A stretch of 62,982 bases of DNA. It comes from an uncultured Bacteroidia bacterium. Its GTDB lineage: Bacteria; Bacteroidota; Bacteroidia; Bacteroidales; ML635J-15. Shown in pieces: positions 16,837-26,700 of this stretch (the stretch's first letter is position 1; every line of letters starts with the position of its first letter). Under the pieces are notes generated by a model, which was not told the origin of the DNA, ran no database searches, and saw only the letters and a program-made list of their open reading frames with translations. The translations under genes and the position numbers were made by a program. The stretch spans positions 1-62,982 of the forward strand of contig CADARW010000006.1 of NCBI GenBank assembly GCA_902790405.1, given 5' to 3'.

Positions 16837-16853
16837 CACCGCCTTTTGGCAGA

Positions 16854-16926
16854 CGGGGTGTGGCGCAGTTGGTAGCGCGCTACGTTCGGGACGTAGAGGC
16901 CGGAAGTTCGAGTCTTCTCACCCCGA
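16854..16926 (+). tRNA. tRNA-Pro (anticodon CGG)
   Basis: CGGGGTG acceptor pairs with CACCCCG. D-arm GCGCAGTTGGTAGCGC, anticodon stem-loop CTACG-TTCGGGA-CGTAG and T-loop TTCGAGT are present. Confidence 0.9.
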
Positions 16927-16929
16927 CAA

Positions 16930-16961
16930 AGCGGATTTGTAAAGCAAGTCCGCTTTTTTTT
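16930..16961 (+). terminator. intrinsic terminator after tRNA-Pro
   Basis: AGCGGA...TCCGCT stem followed by T8. Confidence 0.7.
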
Positions 16962-16983
16962 GTAATCATGTCTAATAATATTT

Positions 16984-16991
16984 TAAATTTG
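16984..16991 (+). promoter_or_regulatory. -7 box TAaaTTTG upstream of the PAS histidine kinase
   Basis: Consensus match 21 nt before the ATG at 17012. Confidence 0.4.
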
Positions 16992-17011
16992 CACTGAATA
17001 TAATTTCAGTC

Positions 17012-19996
17012 ATGAGTAGTAGTCTTAGCAAAGTAGAACGGCAAATCGAAGATCAGAACAAGATTATAATGTCTAGTTATATTGAGCGCAATAGGATTAT
17101 CAGCGAGTCAAATATTGGTATCGATCTGATGGTTCCTGGGTATAAGCTCAATTCGAATGGAAAATTTCTGAGTGTAAATATCAAGTTTGCCCAGATGCTA
17201 GGATATTCTTCCGAGCAGGAGCTCATGGATGCCATAAACGAGGGCAAATATGTGGTTCTGAGGTCGGATCTTACTTCTATGTTTGCCAAGACCGACTGCG
17301 TTATCGACAAGCCACTATATCTACGTACACGTACTGGAGCATTCGTAAGTCTTTCGGAGTCTATTCTTAAACGTACCGAAGATGGTAACGTAAGATATTA
17401 TGCCTTGGTTAGATATAAGGAACCAAGCAATAGGGTCAAGCAGGAAGACGCTATGGCATGGAGCCTGATAAGCCAGCTCTTCGGCGAATTGAAGACAGGT
17501 GTGGTAATATGCGACAGGAACGGCATGATTGTGTACGAAAATTCAATGATGCGCCAGATAATGGGATTCGGCACTCAGGACGACCTGCCTTACGATAGTA
17601 TCGAAAATTACGTAGCCGAAGAATGTCTGCCTAAATGCAAGAGCTCGCTCGAGGTAATATTCTCCACAAACCAGAAGAACCCCGTAATAACATATTCTGT
17701 TGTAAAGAATGGCGGCGAAATTATCGAAGTAGGCGTATATTCTTATGTGTTTACCTTCGGCGAGCAGAAGTTCTGCGTGTCGCTGGTCTCGCAGCATACC
17801 GATAGTGGCGCGGCAAGCTCGGGAACATTTCTCACATATCGCGATACATTCGATGTAATGTCCGAACTTTATATCCTGATATCAGAAAATGGAGATATCT
17901 GCGACCTGAATGCCTCCGCTGTTAAGATGTGGGGCTGGGACTATAAGTCGTATCTTACAAAGTCGATATTCGATCTTGGAAACTTTGCTTCGACTGGCAT
18001 TAAGCGAAATATGGCCTTGTTGTACGATAGCCAGACATCTACCGAGCACAAGTTTATGGCAAGAAATACCATTTGGGGCGACTTGGAGATGGCTTGTCGT
18101 CTGCTGCCGGTAGGGAAAATGGGTCAGAGATACATTGCCGTGGTAATGGAGAGCCGTCGCGAATTGCAGCAGGTAAAAGACAATCTTACGCTGCAGTATA
18201 CCTACAACCTGGCTATGTTCGACAATTCAATCTGCGGTTTGATGGTAATCAGAGGAAATAAAATAGAACGGGTGAATGCTAAGGCCTATTCGTTGCTCAA
18301 GATTAAATACGACATCCGTGGCGAATCGCTCTCGGATGTGCTGAAGGATACCAAGCGTAAAAACCGCCGTATAGAGGTTACAGCATCGAACCGCAAGGAG
18401 GAAGTGTTTTTATATGAAATACTTTCCGAGGGCAGACCAACGCAGCTCGAGGTGCATTTGCACTATATCGACAAGGACAACACCATTTGTTACTTTATCG
18501 ATCGTTCGTTGCGGAAAAAAGGCCCTTCAAAGTCGCTCAATGCGGCATCGCGATATAAGCTTATTGTCGAACAGTCGCCCTGCGGCGTGCTTATTGGCGA
18601 TACCCACGGCGATATTATCGATGTGAGCGACCATTTCTGCGAAATGATAAAGTTGCCGCCAAGCGAGATATTGGGTAAGAATATTTCCGATTTGTTTACT
18701 CCGTCGAGCCTTTCCTCGAAGCCTTTGGACTATACGCATGTCGATGCCGGCGAAGTTATAAGCGCCGAACGCGAATTGAAATGTGGCGACGGAACGGTAA
18801 AGATTATCGAAATGTATTCGGGCGCAATATCAACCGATATGTATCAGGCTGTGGTACTCGACATTACCGACCGAAAAATATACGAAAACCAGATGATGAA
18901 CTTCCGCGGCATGGCGCAGAAGATGGAAGTCGAGAAACAGCATTTCCTTAGGGCATCAAAGGATGTAAGCGTTATTTTTAGTGCCAATGCAGAGATAAAA
19001 GATGTTTTCGTCGGCGAAAATTCCCCTTTCTATACTTATTATAAGAGTGATGATGAATTTGTTGCTTATTTTGTAAAGTATATTTCGCGCAGGGAAAACG
19101 ATATGGTTATAAGGCAGGGTATAGCAAGGGCTATTTCCCAGAATTCAACTTATGTCGTAAGGAAAAATGTTAATGTGGGGGGTGTCAGCTATATAGTTGA
19201 AGCCAGTTTCTTGCCAATGGAGTCGGAGGTGGTTATGGTCGTTTCCGATGTTACCGAGAGGGAGCAAATAATAGAGCAGCTCAATACTATAAGGAAGCAA
19301 TCGGAAGAGAACGAAAAACTGCAGACCGCTATCCTTGGCAACCTCTCGCACGAATTACGCACTCCTATGAATGCAATTATCGGTTTTGCCGACCTGTTGC
19401 TCGAAGACGAGGAAAATGCCGAAAAACAGGATTATTTGAGGACTATACTCGACTCGTCGCATCAGTTGCTCGGTGTGCTTTCGGACCTCATAGAGATGTC
19501 GAAGCTCGAGGCCGGTGTGATGAAAGTGAAGTCGGAAATTGTTAGCGTAAAGAAGGTCATCAGCGATATATGTGCTTCGATGCGTGGTCAACGGTTAATT
19601 GAGGAAAACAATTTGAAACTTGTAAATGCAGCGCAGGAAAAAGACGATGTGCTGATTGTCTCCGACAATGTAAAATTGCGACAAATAATTACAAACCTGA
19701 TAAGCAATGCCCTGAAATTTTCGAAAAATGGAAATGTTGAGGTGGGTTACAATGTCGGTGACGGAAGCGTATGCATATATGTGCGCGACAGTGGCATTGG
19801 AATTTCGAAGGAGGATTTGCCGAATATTTTCGATAGGTTCTACCAGACAAAAAATGTGGAACTCGCAACTAAGGGCACAGGTTTGGGCTTAGCTATAGTA
19901 AAGTCGTATGTCGATATGCTGCATGGAAATATTAGTGTTGAGTCGGAAGTAGGAAAGGGTTCTTGCTTCTATGTGGAATTGCAAAGTCGTTATTGA
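17012..19996 (+). CDS. cytoplasmic multi-PAS sensor histidine kinase (no receiver domain)
   Basis: 994 aa with several PAS-like modules. H-box LGNLSHELRTPMNAIIGFADLL, N-box ITNLISNALKF, G-boxes DSGIGI and GTGLGLAIV. No obvious TM segment. Confidence 0.9.
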   Translation: MSSSLSKVERQIEDQNKIIMSSYIERNRIISESNIGIDLMVPGYKLNSNGKFLSVNIKFAQMLGYSSEQELMDAINEGKYVVLRSDLTSMFAKTDCVIDKPLYLRTRTGAFVSLSESILKRTEDGNVRYYALVRYKEPSNRVKQEDAMAWSLISQLFGELKTGVVICDRNGMIVYENSMMRQIMGFGTQDDLPYDSIENYVAEECLPKCKSSLEVIFSTNQKNPVITYSVVKNGGEIIEVGVYSYVFTFGEQKFCVSLVSQHTDSGAASSGTFLTYRDTFDVMSELYILISENGDICDLNASAVKMWGWDYKSYLTKSIFDLGNFASTGIKRNMALLYDSQTSTEHKFMARNTIWGDLEMACRLLPVGKMGQRYIAVVMESRRELQQVKDNLTLQYTYNLAMFDNSICGLMVIRGNKIERVNAKAYSLLKIKYDIRGESLSDVLKDTKRKNRRIEVTASNRKEEVFLYEILSEGRPTQLEVHLHYIDKDNTICYFIDRSLRKKGPSKSLNAASRYKLIVEQSPCGVLIGDTHGDIIDVSDHFCEMIKLPPSEILGKNISDLFTPSSLSSKPLDYTHVDAGEVISAERELKCGDGTVKIIEMYSGAISTDMYQAVVLDITDRKIYENQMMNFRGMAQKMEVEKQHFLRASKDVSVIFSANAEIKDVFVGENSPFYTYYKSDDEFVAYFVKYISRRENDMVIRQGIARAISQNSTYVVRKNVNVGGVSYIVEASFLPMESEVVMVVSDVTEREQIIEQLNTIRKQSEENEKLQTAILGNLSHELRTPMNAIIGFADLLLEDEENAEKQDYLRTILDSSHQLLGVLSDLIEMSKLEAGVMKVKSEIVSVKKVISDICASMRGQRLIEENNLKLVNAAQEKDDVLIVSDNVKLRQIITNLISNALKFSKNGNVEVGYNVGDGSVCIYVRDSGIGISKEDLPNIFDRFYQTKNVELATKGTGLGLAIVKSYVDMLHGNISVESEVGKGSCFYVELQSRY

Positions 19997-19997
19997 T

Positions 19998-22900
19998 ATG
20001 AAACAGATAATATTGTTGCTTTCGTTTGCATTGCTGGCCGTTTTGTCGGCTTTTGCCCAATATAACGAATGTGGTATACCGCAGATAAAGAATTTCGGTC
20101 CGGCCGACTATAGGCAGGAAAGCCAGAATTTTTGCGTAGTGCAGGACAAGAATTCGCTCATGTATTTCGGAAATACCAATGGTATAATGGAGTTCGACAA
20201 CGAAAAGTGGGATATTGTAAAGGTTCCTGGTCGTCCGGAAATGGCAGTCAGCGACAATAACGAAATTTATTTCGGCGGATATAATACGTTTGGACGTATG
20301 CTGTACCAGAACGGTCACATGGGACTCGTGCTGTTCGCCAAGGATTCTGAAGAAAATTTCGGACAGGTAAAAAAAGTTGTTACTTCTGGACACGATGTTT
20401 ATTTCTGCACCGAAACAAATCTATACATGTATGCCGACTCGTCGATTACAAGGCTGATTGAAGAAGAGCCTTTCCGTATTATGAGCCTTGGCGATTCTGT
20501 ATATGTTCAACGAAAAAAAGCCTCACTGAAGCGCCTTGTGCATGGCGTTTTCAAAGACGATGACTTGTGTGCTGCAATTGCCGATTCCATCAGAATCAGC
20601 GACATGATCAGGACAAAAGAAAACAAGATATTGTTGCGTGACAACAGAAATTCATGCTTCTGGTTGTATTCCAACGACGGAATTCTAACCCATTTTCCGA
20701 CCGATTTCGACAGGTACATCAGGAATAATGATTTTTCGTGCATAGGAATGTTGCACGATGGAAATTTTGTGGTTGGAACTCATGGTGGAGGTGTTGTGTC
20801 GTTTGATAGCGAGGGTAAGTACCGCTATGTGCTGAATTCGTCGAATGGACTGAAAACAAACGAGATAAACGACCTGTGCGTTGATAATCAGGGCAAGGTT
20901 TGGCTAGCTACCGAAAACGGAATAAGCCTTCTGGAAACAAATTCGGAATTGTCGTTTTTCAATGCTTCGAGCAGCGGACTGAGAGGCGCGGTGCTTGCAA
21001 TTATTCGTTACCAGGGACAACTATATGTAGGTACAACAGTTGGACTTTTCGGATATGTAAATCATACAGGTCCTGGAGGAGCCATAAATGGTTTCAGGTA
21101 TATACGTGGTATGCACGACAATTGCTGGAATCTGAATATCTATAATGAAAAACTCTATGCTGTGGCAAACGAAGGCTTGTTCCTTGTCGAGGACATGTCG
21201 CTTAAGAAATTGCTTGATGGTTCGTTTATTTCTATGCGAAGCATAACGATTGCTGGCGACGACTATATAATGCTTGGCGGAAGGCAAGGAATTACTTTTG
21301 CAAGAATATCGGGCGAAAAGGTCGAGAAGATAGGAACATTGAGCAATATGCGGTATATTGCACGTACTGTGGTTTCCGATTCGGACGGCATCTGGATTGG
21401 TACAAACCGTGATGGTTTGTTCCGTGTCGCTATGGGCGACTCGTTGGACTTGTCGGCCAAGGTGTTTGAATATGGTGAAAAAGACAGCCTGCCTCATGGT
21501 TTCGACTGGATCGATGTGTTCCCGACTCATCAGCTTGGAACTGTTTTCTCCACATCCGAAGGTCTTTATCGCTACGACAATAACCGAAAGAAGTTCTACA
21601 AGGATTCGTCGTGTTTCTGCAGTGGCTCGCGATGTTCTACTGTATATGGCTTTATCAGCGAGGACATGAACGAAAATATCTGGTACAGCTGTTCGTTTAC
21701 AGATGCATACGAACGCGAAGTCGGGGTAATAAAGTTCGACGGCAAAGGCGGATATTGCCGCGAGACATCGTCATTTGCACAGATGGAAGAGTCGGTAGTC
21801 GAGACAATCTACCCCGAAGGCGACAGCGTGGTGTGGTTCGGAACTTCCGATGCGTTAATAAAGTATAGCAAGGACAATCATGCCTGCTTTGCTGGCGATA
21901 GCGCTTTTGTGTGCATGATACGAAAAGTAACTGTTGCTGGCGACTCAATTATATACGCATTCGACCTCAATTATTCAGAAAGTAGGGATATTGTTCACAA
22001 AATACGTTATCAGGACCGTAATATCAGGTTCGAAGTGGCTGGTTTGTCGTACAACACATTCGGCGATACCTATTACCAGTATCGGCTCGAAGGCTTCGAC
22101 GACGATTGGTCCGACTGGACAACCGATTCGTACAAGGAATACATAAGCCTATCGGAAGGATCGTACAAGTTTATGGTGCGTTCGCGCAACGGCTACGGGT
22201 ATATGAGTAATGTCGCCGAATTCGGCTTCGAAGTGTCGCCTCCATATTATCGCACGGCTCTGGCTTATATCCTGTATGTGCTGAGTTTTGTTGTGATATT
22301 TATACTTGTGCTGGCATGGCGAAACATTGTGCATTCGAAGGAAAAATATCGCCTCGAGAAACTTGTCGAGATGCGAACAAACGAACTTGTAATGCAAAAG
22401 GAGCAGACCGAAAACCTTGTTAAGAAACTTTTGCCGCAGAATGCCGTTGATGAGTTGCAGCGCACAGGAAATGCAAAGTCGCAGAAGTACGAAATGGTTA
22501 CTGTATTGTTCTCCGATATCCAGGGCTTTACTAAGATTGCTGCAACGACCAATCCCGAGGAACTTATAAAGTACCTTAACGAGCTGTTTGTGTCGTTCGA
22601 TAACATTATTTCGAAGTACAACATCGAAAAGATAAAGACTATTGGTGATGCTTACATGTGCGCTGGAGGTATGCCAAACCGCGATGCTACAAATCCGGTC
22701 GAGGTAGTGCTTGCCGGAATAGAAATGCAGAAGGCCTTGGACGACCTCAACAAGACTCACGACCTAAAGATGAAAATGCGCGTGGGAATACATACAGGTC
22801 CTGTTGTGGCTGGTATTGTAGGCGCACAAAAGATTGAGTACGACATCTGGGGCGATACGGTTAACATTGCAAGCCGCATGGAGTCGCATGGTGAGGTGGG

Positions 22901-23666
22901 GCGTGTAAATATTTCGGAAGAGACATACCGCCATGTGAAGGAATTCTTCAATTGTGAAAACCGAGGCTTGATGGATGTAAAGAACAAGGGTGAAATGGAA
23001 ATGTTCTACGTAAACGGAATCCTTGAGGAACTTTCCGAGAATGGTGACGGAATTACGCCAAACCATTTGTTCAATGTGCGTAAGCAGAGCCTTAATTTCT
23101 CGCTTATCCAGGAAGAAATTCTCGAACAGATGCAACGCGACTTGCCTAAGAACTTATACTATCACAACCTCAAACACACTACCGATGCCATTTATCGGGT
23201 TACCGACATTGGTACCAAGGAGAATGTTTCGGAGGAAGATTTGTTGCTTCTGCGTTGCGCTGCACTTTTCCACGACAGCGGTTTTATGGCAAGCTACGAC
23301 AACAACGAGGAAATCGGTGCCCGTTTGGCTCATCAGACGCTTGCAAAGTACAAGTTCTCACGCGAGCAGATTGAAATAATCAAGGGCATAATAAATGCCA
23401 CAAAGGTGCCGCAGAATCCTCACAACTTGCTCGAGGAAATCATGTGCGATGCCGACCTCGACTATCTCGGCCGTCCCGACTTTATACCTATCTCGCAAAA
23501 CTTGTTCCGCGAACTCTTCGAGCGTGGCAAGATCGACTCTATCGAGCAGTGGAACAAGATGCAGTACAAGTTTATCACCGAACATCACTACTTTACCGAA
23601 ACAGCCAAACGCAGTGGCGAACCAGGAAAGAAACAGGTTCTCAAGGAATTGAAGGAGTTGATTTAA
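19998..23666 (+). CDS. periplasmic beta-propeller/Y_Y_Y sensor - TM - class III adenylate/guanylate cyclase - HD domain fusion protein
   Basis: The ATG at 19998 (MKQIILLLSFALLAVLSAFAQ) lies 1 nt after the kinase stop. Y_Y_Y: YQYRLEGFDDDWSDW. TM helix at about 22255-22325. Cyclase at about 22490-23010 (VTVLFSDIQGFT...KTIGDAYM...GIHTGPVVAGIVG...YDIWGDTVNIASRMES). HD at about 23150-23600 (YHNLKH...ALFHDSGF...CDADLDYLG). Confidence 0.85.
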   Translation: MKQIILLLSFALLAVLSAFAQYNECGIPQIKNFGPADYRQESQNFCVVQDKNSLMYFGNTNGIMEFDNEKWDIVKVPGRPEMAVSDNNEIYFGGYNTFGRMLYQNGHMGLVLFAKDSEENFGQVKKVVTSGHDVYFCTETNLYMYADSSITRLIEEEPFRIMSLGDSVYVQRKKASLKRLVHGVFKDDDLCAAIADSIRISDMIRTKENKILLRDNRNSCFWLYSNDGILTHFPTDFDRYIRNNDFSCIGMLHDGNFVVGTHGGGVVSFDSEGKYRYVLNSSNGLKTNEINDLCVDNQGKVWLATENGISLLETNSELSFFNASSSGLRGAVLAIIRYQGQLYVGTTVGLFGYVNHTGPGGAINGFRYIRGMHDNCWNLNIYNEKLYAVANEGLFLVEDMSLKKLLDGSFISMRSITIAGDDYIMLGGRQGITFARISGEKVEKIGTLSNMRYIARTVVSDSDGIWIGTNRDGLFRVAMGDSLDLSAKVFEYGEKDSLPHGFDWIDVFPTHQLGTVFSTSEGLYRYDNNRKKFYKDSSCFCSGSRCSTVYGFISEDMNENIWYSCSFTDAYEREVGVIKFDGKGGYCRETSSFAQMEESVVETIYPEGDSVVWFGTSDALIKYSKDNHACFAGDSAFVCMIRKVTVAGDSIIYAFDLNYSESRDIVHKIRYQDRNIRFEVAGLSYNTFGDTYYQYRLEGFDDDWSDWTTDSYKEYISLSEGSYKFMVRSRNGYGYMSNVAEFGFEVSPPYYRTALAYILYVLSFVVIFILVLAWRNIVHSKEKYRLEKLVEMRTNELVMQKEQTENLVKKLLPQNAVDELQRTGNAKSQKYEMVTVLFSDIQGFTKIAATTNPEELIKYLNELFVSFDNIISKYNIEKIKTIGDAYMCAGGMPNRDATNPVEVVLAGIEMQKALDDLNKTHDLKMKMRVGIHTGPVVAGIVGAQKIEYDIWGDTVNIASRMESHGEVGRVNISEETYRHVKEFFNCENRGLMDVKNKGEMEMFYVNGILEELSENGDGITPNHLFNVRKQSLNFSLIQEEILEQMQRDLPKNLYYHNLKHTTDAIYRVTDIGTKENVSEEDLLLLRCAALFHDSGFMASYDNNEEIGARLAHQTLAKYKFSREQIEIIKGIINATKVPQNPHNLLEEIMCDADLDYLGRPDFIPISQNLFRELFERGKIDSIEQWNKMQYKFITEHHYFTETAKRSGEPGKKQVLKELKELI

Positions 23667-23727
23667 AAAAGAAACTTCAAAAAAAATATATAATTTCTTG
23701 GCGTTTTTATTTTATCAATCGGTTTGA

Positions 23728-26700
23728 TTATTTGATTACCAACTTCTTCTCATAAACATTTGTATTGCCGAATATCCTTATTAAATAAGTTCCAGCAGGA
23801 ATCGATTCTATGTTGCATTCAATTCTGTCGCTGTTGACCTCTTCGGTGCGCAATGTCTGTCCTGTAATAGAAACAATTTCAATGTGTGTTATGGCTTCGT
23901 CGGCACTTATTGTTACAATATCCGATGCAGGGTTAGGATATACGCTTATGCTGCTTGCAAATTCATATATGCCAGTAATTGTTGCAATTGCTGTTTCTGA
24001 TGCATCCGATGTGCCACCGTTTGTACAGTTGGTGATAATGTAATATGTATCGCCATCGTGTCCTTGTAAGTCGATGAATGCGGTGCCAGCTTCTGTTGCA
24101 ATTCTAACATCATTGCGGTAGATGTCGTACGATACTGCATTTTCTGCGGCATTCCACGACAATACGTTTCCGTATGTTTCTGTTCTTGCAGTAAGGTCGG
24201 TAACAGCGTAGCAGTCGGGAATTACAATTATTTCGCTGAATGTTGCATTGATCGTATGGGCGCTTGTTACATTGTCGAATGTGTGACTTTCAACGGCACC
24301 AATGCTTTGTCCGTCAACTGTTACATCGGCAATTTCGTAGCCTTCGTTGGCTGCGATTGCGAAAGTCATGCTTTCACCGCAGTTGACTTCAGTATTGCCA
24401 GCAGGAGTTATTGTGCCTCCATTGCTTGCCCTTGACGTAATTATGTATGTAATCTGGTTGAATGTTACATTAACTGTCTGTTCTTCGGTTACATTCTCGA
24501 TTGTGTACGAATTGTTTGCATCGAGAGTTATAGCTGTACCATTTACGGTTACTGTACCGATTTCGTGGCAAGCATCGGGAGTAACCGTGAATGTGAAATC
24601 TTCGCCTTCGGTGATTGTCTGTGTGCCGTTAGGAGTTACCGAGCCACCTTCGTCATCGGAATTTACGACAATTACAATTTCACCTGCAGGTATTGGTTCG
24701 AATGTTGCCGAAATAGTGTGGTTTGCAGTTACATCATAGAAAGTATATGAACTTTCCGAACCTGTACTTTGTCCGTCAACAAGCAGGTCGGCAATCATGT
24801 ATCCGTCGTCTGGAGTGATTGTAAATGTAATGTCGTCGCCACAGTTGACGTTGCTTGTTCCTGGAGTGATATTGCCTCCATTGCCAGCCGATGCTGTGAT
24901 AGTGTACGATAATTGGTTAAACGTAACATTGATGTTTTGGTCTGTAGTTACATTATTGATTGTGTACGAATTGTTTGCATCGAGTGTTATAGGCGTTCCG
25001 TTTACAGTAACGTTGCCGATTTCGTAGCAATTGTCGGGGGTAACGGTGAAAGTGAAACTTTCGCCAGCGTCGAGAGTCTGTGTTCCGTTTGGAGTTACCG
25101 AACCGCCCTCTGCATCGGCATTGATGTCGATGTTGAGAACTGCGATGAATGTTGCAGCAATTGAGTGGTTGTCAGTAACGTTCGAGAACGTATAACTTTC
25201 TATAGCGCCCATGCTCTGTCCGTCGACGGTAACATCAACGATGCGGTAGCCGTTGTTTGCTGAGATAGCAAAAGTGATGTTGTCGCCGCAGTTGACATTG
25301 CTTGTTTCAGGAGTGATATTTCCTCCGTTGCCTGCTGTTGCAGTTATTGTGTAAGTAATCGGGCTGAATGTTGCCGATATGTTTTGTGGTGCAGTTACAT
25401 TGTTGATGGTGTACGAGTTGTTGGCATCGAGAGCGACTTCTGTGCCGTTAATTGTAACCGAAGCTATTTCGTAGCAGTTGTCGGGGGTAACAGTAAATGT
25501 GTAGTTGCCGTCGTATTCAACCGATGTTTCGCCCGATATGCTTCCGTGTTCGGTGTCGGCGATGCTTATTTCGATGTCGTCCATTGCTGCGTTGATGCAA
25601 TCCGAAGCCTGACAGCCGTTTGAATCGCTTACGGTTACGCAGTAGTTACCATTGTGCGTCATGTCGATGCTTTGTGTTGTTGCATTGCCCTCCGACCACA
25701 AATAGCTGTAGTCGCCAGAGCCTGATGTTGCATTTGCGGTAAGCACGTCGTTGTTTTCAGTTATCGAAACCGACGGAACAGTATTGATTGTAACTACTCT
25801 TGATGCTGTTACTTCGCATTGTCCGCTCGTTGCTGTTACAGTATATGTTCCGCTTTGGCTGACAGTAATGCTCTGTCCTGTCTGCTGGTTGCTCCATATG
25901 TAGTTGTCGAATCCGTTGCCGGCATCAATTGTTACTGTGCCACCGCACTGTGTTATAGGTTCGCCAAGGTCGATGCTGCCCGATTCTGCTATTGTTGCAG
26001 TTACTGGTGTGCGTTCGCTTGTGCAGACGCTTTCTGTCCTTACTACCCAGTTATAGAAGGTGTAGTAGTAGGATGAACCGTAAGATGAACCGTACTGGCC
26101 AGTTATACTTATAACATTATTAACTGTGTATGGGAAATTTGGCGTCTGCCTGTAAGTATATCTTGCGTTAGTGTATATGTTGTATGTTCCAGGTTCTAAT
26201 TCTGCGTTTAATGTTAATGTATTAAGTCCTGAAGCTAGAGTGTATGCCTGCGAGTATACTGTCTGGTTCGAGCTGTTGGTTATTGTTATTGTCTTGTTCT
26301 GGTTAGCCTGTGAGCAATATATATCAACCGAAACCAGTGTAAGTGCCTGCGAAACAGTAAAGGCGAGTCCCCTGTTCTGGCTTTGCGTATACGTGGTTGC
26401 CGAAGAGTTGTTTGCAATACCTACGTTGTAGGTCTCCTCGGTACCTACTTGCGATTCTACATAAACGGTAGTTGTTGTTGCGAATGTGTTGGTGTAGGAA
26501 TCGCCTGTTTCTAGTTCAGTGCCTCCGGTCTGAGCGTCGAACCAGTGCAATGTGCCTGTACCCTGTGCCGAAAGTGTAAGCGTTGAGCTTCCGCATCCGC
26601 TTGCATTGGTTACCGAAGTGATTTCGGGAGCAGAAATTTCAACTTGGTGAGAAATTGTGCTGCTGCCCAAAGAATTTGTAGCGGTAAGTACTATTGTATA

